A DNA stretch of 64,000 nucleotides from Methanobacteriota archaeon (GCA_030594205.1 JAUVFR010000005.1:2306-66305); one strand, 5' to 3'; positions 54,401 to 62,965 are shown, counted from the first letter of the stretch. Program-made: numbers and translations. The notes: generated by a model not told the origin, from the sequence alone.

Positions 54401-57400
54401 GAGGGCGATCTCCCGCGGAAAGGCCCCGCGCTCACCCCCCTCCGCCTTCACGGTGTAGATTCCCTCGAAGAGACCGTCCAGGCGGTAGGTCCCGTTCTCC
54501 CCCGTCACGACGCTCGTTACCTCGCTCGTGGCCTGTTCGACGATCTGAACCGTCGCGGCGACGGGAGGCAAGCCGAATTCGTCCGTGAGCAAGCCGGATA
54601 GCGAGGCCCCAGGTACCGCCAGGTCCTGGTTTCGGTCCTCTCCCTGGCTCATTGTGAGGTTAACCGAAGCGACCTCCGTGCCGTTCCGGTCGAGAAAGAG
54701 GTGGTAGCGGGTCGGGACGAGATCTACCAACTCGTAGGCCCCGTCGGGCCCGGTGACGGTCGCCGCTTCGAGGGCATCTCCGGCGATGTCAAGAACGCCA
54801 ACCTGCAGCCCCGGAAGCCCTGGTTCTTCGGGGTCTCGCACGCTGTTCCCGTTCACGTCCATGAAGGCCGTCCCCCGGAAGGTCCCGGCCTCGACGATGA
54901 AGTCACGCTCAATGACGAAGCTAGGGAGGCCGGTCCCCGTCTCGTCCAGGGGGACCCGAAGGGCCTGAGCCTGGCTGATGTTGAATTTCTCCTCGATGAG
55001 CATGGCTCCGACTCCGGTGGCGCTATTCGCCGGACCGGTGGAGATGGCCAGCGTGGTCTCTCCGAAGAGGAGGGTCGCTTCGAAGAACCCGTCGCTGTCC
55101 GCGAACGTGATCGAGTGGGGGGTAAGGAGCTCGTCCAGGACCGTGACCCGTACCCCGGCGAGCGGCGTCCCCGCCTCGGTGGCCACGCGACCGCGCAGCA
55201 GGGCGCCGTCGAAGAACTTGAGAAACACGATGCCGCTCTGGAGGGCCGTGCGAGCGGCAACGTCGACGGTCCCCTCCCGTTCCCCCGCGGTGATCTGCCT
55301 CTGGAGTTCCAAGGCATCAAAGATGTTGAGGGCCGTGAACTCCTCGGTGAAGCTGGCGACCTCGTCGGGCGGATGGGGGTTGAAATAGGCCGTCCGGTAG
55401 ACCATCTTGAAGTGCTCCAGCATCCACCCGTGTCGGGGTTCGACGCTCGCCAGAGCCCCCGAGAAGGCCGGGAGGCCCTCGTTGGCTAGGCCCAAGGCCT
55501 CCCCGTCGGGTCCGAAGAAGATGCGGTAGAGCATGGAGCGGTACCAGGGGTCCAGATACTCGATGCGAATGTCCGAGATTTGGCCCCCTGGGGGGATCTG
55601 GTCTAGGTCGAACTCGCCCTGGGGCGTCACCGCGATGAGACGATAGAAGTCCACGGGGATGCTTCGGCCGTCCGCGAGTTCCGTCTTCCGGTGGTCCGTG
55701 AGCTTGGCTACGGCGTAGAAGATGCCGGTGCTGGTCCCGGTGAAGGGGATCAGCCGGGAGTCGACGGCGAAGTAGCCGATGGAGGCGCCGACCGTGCTCC
55801 GGAGGTCCCGGTAAAAGTCGGTCTGGGCATCGATCCCCAGGGCCTCGACGAAGATGGTGCGGAGGTAGATGATGCGCGCGTTCTGCTGCGAGAGACGCGC
55901 GTCCCACTCCCGGAACCGTTCGGGCTCCGCCCGGATCAGGGGGATGAAGAGGGCAGGCTGCCTCATCGCGTCGAGGACGTGGTCGGGGTCGAACCCGTAG
56001 GCGACCAGGACTGCCTTGGTGGCCGCGCTGAACTGGCCTCGGTTGGTCGCGAAGTCGCCATGGAGGAGCCGAACGTTCAAGACCGCGATGCCCTCGTTCT
56101 CGGATTGGGAGGTCAGGAAGTGACCCGCGTACTCCAGGCCGTTCTGGAAATTGTCGGCCACGGCGGGGTGCCGCCCGTCCTGGATGGCCTCGAAACCGTA
56201 GTCCCACCAGCTAAGGAACGCCGGTCGTTCCCACGTAGGAATGACTTCGGTGTCCTGGTCCCGTAACCAGGACCACGCCTGGGGGAAGTAGCGGTTGGGG
56301 AGGGGGAGCGTGTACCCGAAGGCCCCGAAATAGAAGAGGCCCTGGTCCGCCTGAGGGGGTCGCAGAAAGTCGGGGATCACCCGGAGGACTTCCTCCTGCA
56401 GGGCATCCTTGACCTCGAAGGGACTCCCCGCGTCCACCGCGAGCCAGGCATTGGGGAGGAACACGAGGATGGCCACGAGGAAGACACCCGCCACGTGGCG
56501 GATCTTGACCCCCCGGCGGAGGGCCCCGAGGCGGCTGCCTCCCGTGGTGGCGATGGCCTTCTCCACCTGCTCCAGCCCGAGGCGCTCGACGATCAGGATG
56601 ACGACCCAGGCCGCGGTGATGGCGAAGGCGGGCGAGGCGTTGAAGAGGAACCGCACTGCGGAGAGGGCCATGAAGATGGCCGCCACGATCCACACGAGCA
56701 CGAACAGGAAATCGGGCCGAGGACGTCGGATGAATTGGAGGGCCAACAGGACGATGCCCGCCAGGGAGAAGTAGAAGGTGACCGCGCCGAAGGAGAGGAT
56801 GACCTGACTGAGGTTCGGGGGCTGCGCCTCGGCGATGGTCTCGAAGACCTTGTTCGGGACGAAGTAGCCGAGTCCGGAGCTCAGGGCCGCCGCTACCGAA
56901 GGACTGTACACGGCCATGATGGCGGTCCCGGCTAGGAAGCCGAGGATGATGGGAGGGATCACCAGCATCCAGGGCAGACGGTGGAAGATGGCAAACACGA
57001 GCCCGAGACCGAGGGAGGCCAGGAAGAGATACAACGGGACGTCGAACCAGGTCCGTACCTGGCCCGTTAGCACGTAGTACGGTGCCGCCAAGAGGTGGGC
57101 GACGCCGAGCGTGATGGCGAAGACCAGGAGGATGCCCAAGGGGTCCTGGTTGCGAATCTTGTGGACCACAAGCTGCGCCAGGAAATAGACGACGATGATG
57201 ACGACGGCGTAGGCCCACCCTTTCCACGTCAGCGCGATGACCGCCAGGGCCGTGCCCGCCATGACGGCGAGGAGGACGGTCCTCCGGTTCTCTGTGAACA
57301 GCGCCCCGAGTCCCCGGACGACGGCACGAGGACGCCACCAAGCCTCGACCCAGGGGCGTTCCTTGAGCCCCGCCAAGGCCTTGAGGAGGAAGTAGAAGGC

Positions 57401-57919
57401 CGTGACGACGAAGAAGAGGACGAGGGCGTCGTGGTCTCCGTTGCTGAAGGGCGTCCGCTGGATGTGGGCGGGAAGGAGGGCCAGGAAGAAGGCGGCGATG
57501 TACGCCGTCCGCCGACCGAACATCTCCTTCGCCAGAAAGTACGTCGGGAAGATCGTCAGCGCGCCCCAGACGGCCGTCGAGAACAGGAAGGTCTGGCCGA
57601 CGCCGACCGATACGGAACCCTGGAGGGTGCCTACCACCTGGCCGACCAGAGCGACACTCCAGGCGTAGATGGGCGGCCGGGGATTCAGCATCCCCACCGG
57701 GAAGTTCAACATCGGATCCTGCAGGAGGTGCCGGCCGGTCGCGACGATGTTGTCCAGGATCCACCCGAAGTAGAAGGCGTCCGAGCCGCCGGAGACCAGG
57801 AAGTCCCGGATGGCCAGCTCGTAGGCGAAGAAGGCCCGGATGAAGAGGGCCACGGCGAAGATGCCGCCTAGGACAAGGAACGGGCTCACCCTTCTCCGTA
57901 GGGTTCCCTCGGTTTCCAT
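51464..57919 (-). CDS. aglB: Oligosaccharyltransferase AglB/STT3 fused to a ~1250-aa array of CarboxypepD_reg-like and CARDB beta-sandwich repeats, ending in a second C-terminal TM anchor (2151 aa)
   Basis: N-terminal ~13 TM helices and the catalytic WWDYG motif (…FLSWWDYGFEAIQDGRH…) identify STT3/AglB. Residues ~900-2100 contain at least 10 repeats of the pattern G.V……G.P..GV.V…TD..G.Y.…P.G.Y, two CARDB-like units (NTGNLADTFSFEG, NDGNGGDTFELV) and many N-glycosylation sequons. The C-terminus is …LLYGALAAAAIGLTVLFLTYRGRRRRR. Confidence 0.8.
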   Translation of the reverse strand: METEGTLRRRVSPFLVLGGIFAVALFIRAFFAYELAIRDFLVSGGSDAFYFGWILDNIVATGRHLLQDPMLNFPVGMLNPRPPIYAWSVALVGQVVGTLQGSVSVGVGQTFLFSTAVWGALTIFPTYFLAKEMFGRRTAYIAAFFLALLPAHIQRTPFSNGDHDALVLFFVVTAFYFLLKALAGLKERPWVEAWWRPRAVVRGLGALFTENRRTVLLAVMAGTALAVIALTWKGWAYAVVIIVVYFLAQLVVHKIRNQDPLGILLVFAITLGVAHLLAAPYYVLTGQVRTWFDVPLYLFLASLGLGLVFAIFHRLPWMLVIPPIILGFLAGTAIMAVYSPSVAAALSSGLGYFVPNKVFETIAEAQPPNLSQVILSFGAVTFYFSLAGIVLLALQFIRRPRPDFLFVLVWIVAAIFMALSAVRFLFNASPAFAITAAWVVILIVERLGLEQVEKAIATTGGSRLGALRRGVKIRHVAGVFLVAILVFLPNAWLAVDAGSPFEVKDALQEEVLRVIPDFLRPPQADQGLFYFGAFGYTLPLPNRYFPQAWSWLRDQDTEVIPTWERPAFLSWWDYGFEAIQDGRHPAVADNFQNGLEYAGHFLTSQSENEGIAVLNVRLLHGDFATNRGQFSAATKAVLVAYGFDPDHVLDAMRQPALFIPLIRAEPERFREWDARLSQQNARIIYLRTIFVEALGIDAQTDFYRDLRSTVGASIGYFAVDSRLIPFTGTSTGIFYAVAKLTDHRKTELADGRSIPVDFYRLIAVTPQGEFDLDQIPPGGQISDIRIEYLDPWYRSMLYRIFFGPDGEALGLANEGLPAFSGALASVEPRHGWMLEHFKMVYRTAYFNPHPPDEVASFTEEFTALNIFDALELQRQITAGEREGTVDVAARTALQSGIVFLKFFDGALLRGRVATEAGTPLAGVRVTVLDELLTPHSITFADSDGFFEATLLFGETTLAISTGPANSATGVGAMLIEEKFNISQAQALRVPLDETGTGLPSFVIERDFIVEAGTFRGTAFMDVNGNSVRDPEEPGLPGLQVGVLDIAGDALEAATVTGPDGAYELVDLVPTRYHLFLDRNGTEVASVNLTMSQGEDRNQDLAVPGASLSGLLTDEFGLPPVAATVQIVEQATSEVTSVVTGENGTYRLDGLFEGIYTVKAEGGERGAFPREIALVGGSEATLDLRVEPQAMVTGRTLLSFAPTPHVTVALQRRGEANQLLVTSDAASRFATALPLGTYDAYALHFAGGRTFGFLGLVEIGPGSQTIEFNLRTAYRVGGSVTGQGGVAAQATVTFEGGGARHAVTSDLDGSFVAFLPTAQYQVVALNVTGQQVSTVTVGGPTDLNLTLSPGVVAPGRVFRDLNGNMSYDPGEGLSGIHVRISTPTTPTFTVLTETEGAFETTLLENTDYVWSIDEEAFEPVSVGPLPPRDLGARAPIELLARNVTVAGQLTALGPLDLSGLNVSFEAVSNGAASATLATGALGSVLASVQPGIYRLVVDAEAPPGDGSRRVQGEAAELRVPVGGGVEAFSLPVLERVRVRGTISSGSPLGVAVLFDGPNRVFVKSDEEYLVYLEPGEYTVSGATDLPSPLALLTVLDLTNPAEFNTTFQPAATLRGQLKVNGETVTPDVSIAFTRLADGAQVVVPGAGSDGYSTILVPATYRATAEWVGVDRLDEVSRFVRYTLDQTIVLTENGTADLLFARTLDTRAVELRVLLGEQLTSARVAFQAANETALNVTVDVPAGAPFLVDLAPGTYHVYAFRDIGNSAALAELDVLPDRPTTLALPLEQGYRIFGVAILSDGSRRTAQLGFRSLVGSASFTTDAQGGYEVYLPAGAYDLLALARRDEGGVPVEYRFERGVHLADSTLLNPLLTRVDVRTLEVTWDSDQRALVAPGETFVYRITVTNTGNLADTFSFEGRPAGWVFSFRPSRVSLPFGTGTSAEVTVQIATPENAKAPEGTLTVVARSTTDPSVVSLETMFVEVLQFRGLTIDLSEDPPILEAEELAYQIDVTNDGNGGDTFELVLTNSEVLAAQGWRAELVFEGQISPDNITGIVVPAGESRPVTLRLQAEGRVSASTATFLAFSEQDDEVESRLDVAVGFPSLQIPADQLQVEGKRVRLGPPEFPVLLYGALAAAAIGLTVLFLTYRGRRRRR

Positions 57920-57949
57920 GACCCAACCCGTTCGGTTCCAGACTGGAGT

Positions 57950-58010
57950 CCCTTATATATCCGTTTTCCAGACAGTTCCCATTCGGCCTCGGTGCCCAAA
58001 GGGTTAAATC
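57950..58010. promoter_or_regulatory. Divergent promoter region: ATATATAA TATA box for aglB (minus strand) and AAAGGGTTAAAT BRE/TATA for the Trm112-like gene (plus strand)
   Basis: AT-rich boxes at the expected ~-30 distance from the two divergent start codons. Confidence 0.45.
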
Positions 58011-58034
58011 GGCCTCGAGGGTCCAAAAAGCGGG

Positions 58035-58211
58035 ATGAAGCGGGAGCTCATGGACATCCTCTGTTGCCCCGTCTGCAAGGGGAATCTCGAGCTCGTGGTC
58101 GCGCGGGAGGAGGACGAGATTCTCGAGGGCGGCCTCATCTGCCATCACTGCGACTTCACCTACGAGATCGAGGACGGCATCCCGAACCTGCTGCCGCCGG
58201 AACTCAGGTGA
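58035..58211 (+). CDS. Trm112-like zinc-ribbon protein (58 aa)
   Basis: MKRELMDILCCPVCKGNLELVVAREEDEILEGGLICHHCDFTYEIEDGIPNLLPPELR matches the Trm112/DUF343 signature (LL.CP.CKG.L……L.C..C…Y.I.DGIP.LL). Confidence 0.65.
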   Translation: MKRELMDILCCPVCKGNLELVVAREEDEILEGGLICHHCDFTYEIEDGIPNLLPPELR

Positions 58212-58701
58212 AGCGTGCCTGCGCCTCGACGACTTCCTTGGAATCGCGGGCCGCCGCGTACCGGGCAAGGGGCTCCTCGTTGAGGGCCAGGAACGTGGGC
58301 CCCCACTTGAATTTCGAGACCAGGGTCTCCGCCTGGGCCGCCTCTCCTAGAATGGTGAGGGCCGCCGCGAGCGCCTCCACGCTCGAGAGACGGGTGGGCT
58401 TCCCGTAGTTGACGGGGTTGGCCGCGACTAGGTAGGGAAGCAGACGCGAACGCGCTTGCGGCACGTCCGGGAACGGGCCGACCTTCCATGAGGTATCAAT
58501 CACCCCCAGCCCCCTACGGCGGGCGGTCGGCGCGTCGGCCTGCGAGAGGGCGACCTCCGATCGGGGGGTGAGCAGCACGGTCCTGCGTGGAATCTCCCTC
58601 CGCCGTTTCACCATCCGCAGCATATCCAGGCGCGCCAGCTTCTTGGCCGTGCAGCGCTTCGGGTCGCACCGTTCCAGGTCGAGGGCAAACAGGCGCATCA
58701 T
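58204..58701 (-). CDS. tsr3: rRNA aminocarboxypropyltransferase Tsr3 (DUF367)
   Basis: MRLFALDLERCDPKRCTAKKLARLDML…LPYLVAANPVNYGKP. The ORF-track N-terminal extension (to 58836) is non-homologous and is discarded. Confidence 0.7.
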   Translation of the reverse strand: MMRLFALDLERCDPKRCTAKKLARLDMLRMVKRRREIPRRTVLLTPRSEVALSQADAPTARRRGLGVIDTSWKVGPFPDVPQARSRLLPYLVAANPVNYGKPTRLSSVEALAAALTILGEAAQAETLVSKFKWGPTFLALNEEPLARYAAARDSKEVVEAQARFT

Positions 58702-58926
58702 GGGTCGCTCGGATACACGGCGCAAGGCATAAGGCGTTCTCCTCGATAGGCAGGAGGCCACCGTGATGACACGTATTGTTGCTGATCGGGATGTGTGATG
58801 GGCGGACTGAGTGGCCTCCTCCTCCGACGCCGCCACGGCGCCCGGATACCGTGATCCACCGAACTTGAGCCTGTAGGCTCGCGAAATCGAAAAAGGGAAA
58901 AGGGGGAGTCAGAGAACCCTGCAGGG

Positions 58927-59385
58927 TTACTGCAGCGTTCCCGATGCCAGGACGCCATTTGCGTCAATCAGCTGGTAGGTCGAGCCCGCCGGGTAGGCTA
59001 ACACGTCGAGCAGGATCCTGTCTCCAGCCGCGAGGGCGCTTCCGGTCGTGATCGGCGAGTATGTTTCGCCGACCCCGTCGAGAGTGGCTAGCGTGGTAGC
59101 GGGGAACATAGCCGCCCCGCCCGCGTCAGCGATCGCCAACGAGACCGTGAGGTTGGCCTTCCCTGCGGGAACGTCCGCAAAGATAAGCACCCAGTTCAGC
59201 CCGTTGGAGCTCTGGCTTACGGAGACACCAATGGCGTCAGGCGTCGCTCCAGGACCGGAGACCAGCCCGGATACCATCACATACAAGACGGCAGCCAGGA
59301 CGACGGTGATCGCCACCATGAGGATGGTTGCGATGACCGGCGATACGGCCTTCCGATCCTTTCGGATCGCCCCAATTGTTCTCAA
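58927..59385 (-). CDS. Archaeal type IV pilin-like protein (class III signal peptide)
   Basis: MRTIGAIRKDRKAVSPVIATILMVAITVVLAAVLYV has a prepilin-peptidase (PibD) processing-site context plus the hydrophobic pilin N-domain. TTG start. Confidence 0.7.
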   Translation of the reverse strand: MRTIGAIRKDRKAVSPVIATILMVAITVVLAAVLYVMVSGLVSGPGATPDAIGVSVSQSSNGLNWVLIFADVPAGKANLTVSLAIADAGGAAMFPATTLATLDGVGETYSPITTGSALAAGDRILLDVLAYPAGSTYQLIDANGVLASGTLQ

Positions 59386-59395
59386 GTTTTGTCCT

Positions 59396-59415
59396 CCTGT
59401 AGGTTTCCCTACAGG
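59396..59415. repeat. Perfect inverted repeat CCTGTAGG-TTTC-CCTACAGG between the pilin TATA box and start codon
   Basis: Read from the sequence. It lies in the 5' leader or at the TSS of the pilin gene. Confidence 0.55.
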
Positions 59416-59473
59416 CGTGGAAGGTCCGGAAGTTAGGGTATAAAGGCTTCCTCGCGATTCTCATCCGTGGTTA

Positions 59474-60043
59474 TCAAGGCCCTTCGAAACGGACCACGTC
59501 GTCGGTCACGAGATTGAGGATGTTGGCGATCTCCTCGGAGGCGTACTCCTCCATGGAGAAGATGAATGTGTAGGCACCCCGCGCCCGCAGATGGTTCGTG
59601 AGCATGAGGAGGAACTCCGAGAGGACCCGGGGGCTGTTGTGGATTGCGAGGGAGTTGATGGAGTCGAGAACGACGACGGCTTCCGCGCCCCCCAGCTTCC
59701 GCAGGAGGAATTCCACCTTCAGGAGGACCGTTTCCAGCATGGTGGGGCTCTCGACGTACACCGCACGGTCGTCCCGCTCGCTTGCGCCCATGGTCATCCG
59801 GGAGACGCAATCCACGAAACGGGTGCGCGTGAGGTCCACCTCGAGGGTGGTGAGGGCCCCGATGATGGATTTGGAAGGGATCGTGGCCGTGACATAAACG
59901 GCATCGAGCTTCTTTTGCGGGGCGAAGACGTCCAAGATCCCCTGCACGGCATCGAAGTAGTGCTCCGCCGTCATCTCCAGGGCGATGGCCGAGGCGGGAG
60001 GGATCTCCAGGAGCTTTTGCACGCCGGTGGCCGTCGCCTCCAT
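59474..60043 (-). CDS. KaiC/RecA-fold protein lacking Walker A (degenerate, non-ATPase paralog)
   Basis: …AVVVLDSINSLAIHN…FLLMLTNHLRARGAYTFIFSMEE… reproduces the RecA/KaiC core after Walker B, but the N-terminus has no GxxxxGK[ST]. Its start codon abuts the stop of the upstream KaiC gene. Confidence 0.55.
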   Translation of the reverse strand: MEATATGVQKLLEIPPASAIALEMTAEHYFDAVQGILDVFAPQKKLDAVYVTATIPSKSIIGALTTLEVDLTRTRFVDCVSRMTMGASERDDRAVYVESPTMLETVLLKVEFLLRKLGGAEAVVVLDSINSLAIHNSPRVLSEFLLMLTNHLRARGAYTFIFSMEEYASEEIANILNLVTDDVVRFEGP

Positions 60044-60793
60044 CTAACCGCCTCCCTTGAGCAGGGGCGCCAGAAGGACGCCCACCGACGTCAGGTCTAG
60101 GATGTACTTGGCCCGGGAGTGCGTCGTGCCGCGCATCTTCACCACCTGCAGCGTGCGCAGCAGGTCCCCCTGCCGCTCCAGGTTGCCCAGCAGGATGACG
60201 CCGTCCACCACCGCTTCCTCCACCCCGTAGGGTGAGTAACGGTGTTCCCCCGCGGGGACCTCGGCAATGAGCAGGGCCGTGCACCCCTCTTGGGCGAGGG
60301 CGTGACTCAGGCCCCGGATGAATTCCCGGATGAGGTCGGCCGTGAGCAGGCGCGCGCAGATCGAGGTAATGGAGTCGATGACGAGACGTTTCGCGCCGTG
60401 GGATCTCACCGCCCCCACGATGGCCTTTATCAGGGCCTCGGACCCCTTTTGATCGATCTCCGGCGCCTCGGTCTTGGCTTTCTTGTAGAGCTCATGGAGG
60501 TCGATGAAGAGAATCTGCTTCTTCTCCAGCATCTGGGGGTCGTAGAAGTCGTACGGCATCATGTTCTCCTTGAGCTTCTCCGGAGGCTCCGTAGCCGCGA
60601 CGAAGATTCCCATCTCGCCCTCTTCCGCCCCGTGAAGAAGGAACTCGAGGCTCATGGAGGTCTTCCCCGTCCCGCAGCTGCCGGTCACCAGGATGGCGTT
60701 GTTTCGTGGCAGCCCCCCGTATAGGATGTTGTCTAGGCCATCGATGCCTGTCAGACACCTGTTTCGCCCGGCCGCGCTTTCCGAGCTGCCCAC
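60044..60793 (-). CDS. KaiC-like RecA-superfamily ATPase
   Basis: LTGIDGLDNILYGGLPRNNAILVTGSCGTGKTS (Walker A), KRLVIDSITSI (Walker B). Confidence 0.85.
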   Translation of the reverse strand: MGSSESAAGRNRCLTGIDGLDNILYGGLPRNNAILVTGSCGTGKTSMSLEFLLHGAEEGEMGIFVAATEPPEKLKENMMPYDFYDPQMLEKKQILFIDLHELYKKAKTEAPEIDQKGSEALIKAIVGAVRSHGAKRLVIDSITSICARLLTADLIREFIRGLSHALAQEGCTALLIAEVPAGEHRYSPYGVEEAVVDGVILLGNLERQGDLLRTLQVVKMRGTTHSRAKYILDLTSVGVLLAPLLKGGG

Positions 60794-60912
60794 GGACCGT
60801 CTTGGGGAACGGTTGTTTATCAGCCTTTTCGCCTCACTATCAACTCCGATTCTAAGGCAGGGAGGGCGGTTGGCGAAGCAAGCCTTTAACCTCGCCCTGA
60901 GTATGGAAAGGC

Positions 60913-62211
60913 ATGCTCACCGAGCCTGTCCTTCAGGTGGCCTTGGACTTCATGCACCTGAATCGGGCCCTTCAGGCCGCCAAGGAAGCGGTGGAGGGCG
61001 GGGCCGACTGGATCGAGGCCGGTACCCCTCTCATCAAAAGCGAGGGCGTGGAGGCCGTGCGGGCCCTCAAGCGAGCCTTCCCGGACCGGGTCATCGTGGC
61101 GGACCTGAAGATTATGGACACGGGCGCCTACGAGGTCGAGATCGCCGCCAAGGCCGGAGCCGAGGTCATTTCGGTCATGGTCGTCACTGACGACGCCACC
61201 GTCCTGGAGGCGGTGAAGGCGGCTCGCCGGTACGGATCCAAGGTCATGGGCGACCTCATGGCGGTGGAGGAGAAGGTGAAACGGGCCCGGGAGGTCGAGG
61301 CACTCGGCGTCGACTACCTTTGCCACCACGTGAGCATCGACGAGCAGATGATCGCCCGGACCCCGCTGGAAGAGCTGAAGGCCCTCTCGGAGGCCGTCCG
61401 CATTCCCATCGCCGTGGCCGGTGGGCTGAACACTGAGACGGTCCCACAGGTCCTCGAAGCCGGCGCCTCCATCGTGATCGTGGGGGGCGCCATCATCAAG
61501 GAGCCCAAGATCGCCCAGGCGACGGCGGACATCAAGCAGGCAATCCGGGAACGGAAGGCCCTCCGGACGGAATTATACAAGAGGTACGGGCAGGAGGAAC
61601 TCTACGCGGCGTTTGCCCAGGTGTCCACCTCCAACATCGCCGACGCCATGCAGAAGCGGGGCCCCATGGCGGACATCCTGCCTCGCATTAATCGAGGCAC
61701 CCACATGGTCGGGCGTGCGTTGACCGTCAAGACGGCCGATGGCGATTGGGCCAAGCCTGTGGAGGCCATCGATAAGGCCACCCGGGGGACGGCCATCGTG
61801 GTGGACGTCGGCGGAGGCAAGACCGCGGTGTGGGGCGAACTCGCTTCTTGGAGCTGCAAGGTGAAGGGCGTCGCCGGCGTGGTCATCGACGGGGCTTCCC
61901 GGGACATGGAGGCCATCTTGGACGCCGACTTCCCGGTCTTTTCGCGTTGGGTCGTTCCCCACGCGGGAGAGCCCAAGGGGCACGGCGAAATCGGCCCCGA
62001 GATTGTGTGCGGGGGCCAGCGGGTCCGGACCGGCGATTGGATCGTCGGCGACGAGTCCGGCGTGGTCGTCATTCCCCAGGAGATGGGCGTGGAGATCGCG
62101 AATCGGTCCCTGGACGTGCTCGAGCGCGAAAACCGCATCCGTGAGGAGATCAAGCGCGGGGGCACTCTATCCAGCGTGCTCGAGCTCGAGAAATGGGAAA
62201 AGGTCGGTTAG
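60913..62211 (+). CDS. Bifunctional 3-hexulose-6-phosphate synthase (OMPDC-fold) / RraA-like domain protein
   Basis: The N-terminal 210 aa are the HPS/KGPDC TIM barrel (VALDFMHLNRALQAAKEAVEGGADWIEAGTPLI). The C-terminal 210 aa are RraA/MenG-like (…GRALTVKTADGDW……AIVVDVGGGKTAVWGELAS…GVVIDGASRD). Confidence 0.7.
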   Translation: MLTEPVLQVALDFMHLNRALQAAKEAVEGGADWIEAGTPLIKSEGVEAVRALKRAFPDRVIVADLKIMDTGAYEVEIAAKAGAEVISVMVVTDDATVLEAVKAARRYGSKVMGDLMAVEEKVKRAREVEALGVDYLCHHVSIDEQMIARTPLEELKALSEAVRIPIAVAGGLNTETVPQVLEAGASIVIVGGAIIKEPKIAQATADIKQAIRERKALRTELYKRYGQEELYAAFAQVSTSNIADAMQKRGPMADILPRINRGTHMVGRALTVKTADGDWAKPVEAIDKATRGTAIVVDVGGGKTAVWGELASWSCKVKGVAGVVIDGASRDMEAILDADFPVFSRWVVPHAGEPKGHGEIGPEIVCGGQRVRTGDWIVGDESGVVVIPQEMGVEIANRSLDVLERENRIREEIKRGGTLSSVLELEKWEKVG

Positions 62212-62215
62212 GTCC

Positions 62216-62965
62216 ATGGACCGGGAGAAGCTCCGGGTCCTCCTCGAGGCGCTCCAGGACGGGGAGATGACCGTGGGCGAAGCCATGGAATCCTTTCGGC
62301 GCCTCCCTTTCGAGGACCTGGGGTTCGCCAAGTTGGACACCCATCGGTCCATCCGCCGCGGCTTCCCTGAGGTGGTGTACTGCCCCGGCAAGACGCCTGG
62401 CCAGGTTGCTCTGATCCTCCAAAGCCTCTCCCGGGACGCGGACCGGGTCCTCGCGACAAGGGCGGAGTCCGAGGTCTTCGACGCGGTGAAGGAGCAAATC
62501 TCGGAGGCCGAGCTCGCGTATTTCCCGGAGGCTCGATTGATCCTCGTGGGGTCCCCGGCCCCCCCTGAGCGCGGCCAGGTCGTGGTCGCCACTGCCGGTA
62601 CGTCCGATCGACCGGTGGCCGAGGAGGCGGCGGTCACCTGTGAGGTCCTAGGCAATCGGACCACGCGCTTGTACGACGTGGGGGTGGCGGGGTTGCACCG
62701 GTTGCTGGATCAGCGGGAACTGTTGGAGGAGGCCGAGGTGGTCATCGTCGTGGCCGGGATGGAGGGGGCGCTTCCGAGTGCCGTCGCGGGCTTGATCGAG
62801 GCGCCCGTCATTGCCGTGCCGACGAGCGTCGGATACGGTGCCAGTTTCGATGGGTTGGCCGCGCTCCTCGCGATGATGAACACGTGCGTGCCCGGGGTGG
62901 TGGTCGTGAACGTGGACAACGGCTTCGGGGCCGGCTTCTTCGCGAACCTCATCAACGCCGGCTAG
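62216..62965 (+). CDS. larB: LarB-like (PurE-related) nickel-pincer cofactor biosynthesis carboxylase/hydrolase
   Basis: The MDREKLRVLLEALQDGEMTVGEAME N-terminal helical domain plus PurE-like fold with …VVAGMEGALPSAVAGL… The ORF-track 5' extension is discarded. Confidence 0.7.
   Translation: MDREKLRVLLEALQDGEMTVGEAMESFRRLPFEDLGFAKLDTHRSIRRGFPEVVYCPGKTPGQVALILQSLSRDADRVLATRAESEVFDAVKEQISEAELAYFPEARLILVGSPAPPERGQVVVATAGTSDRPVAEEAAVTCEVLGNRTTRLYDVGVAGLHRLLDQRELLEEAEVVIVVAGMEGALPSAVAGLIEAPVIAVPTSVGYGASFDGLAALLAMMNTCVPGVVVVNVDNGFGAGFFANLINAG

Noticed and set aside
62003-62965. N-terminal extension of the LarB-like ORF (start 62003)
   Set aside because: The extension overlaps the 3' end of the HPS-RraA gene in another frame. 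The conserved LarB N-terminus begins at the ATG at 62216.
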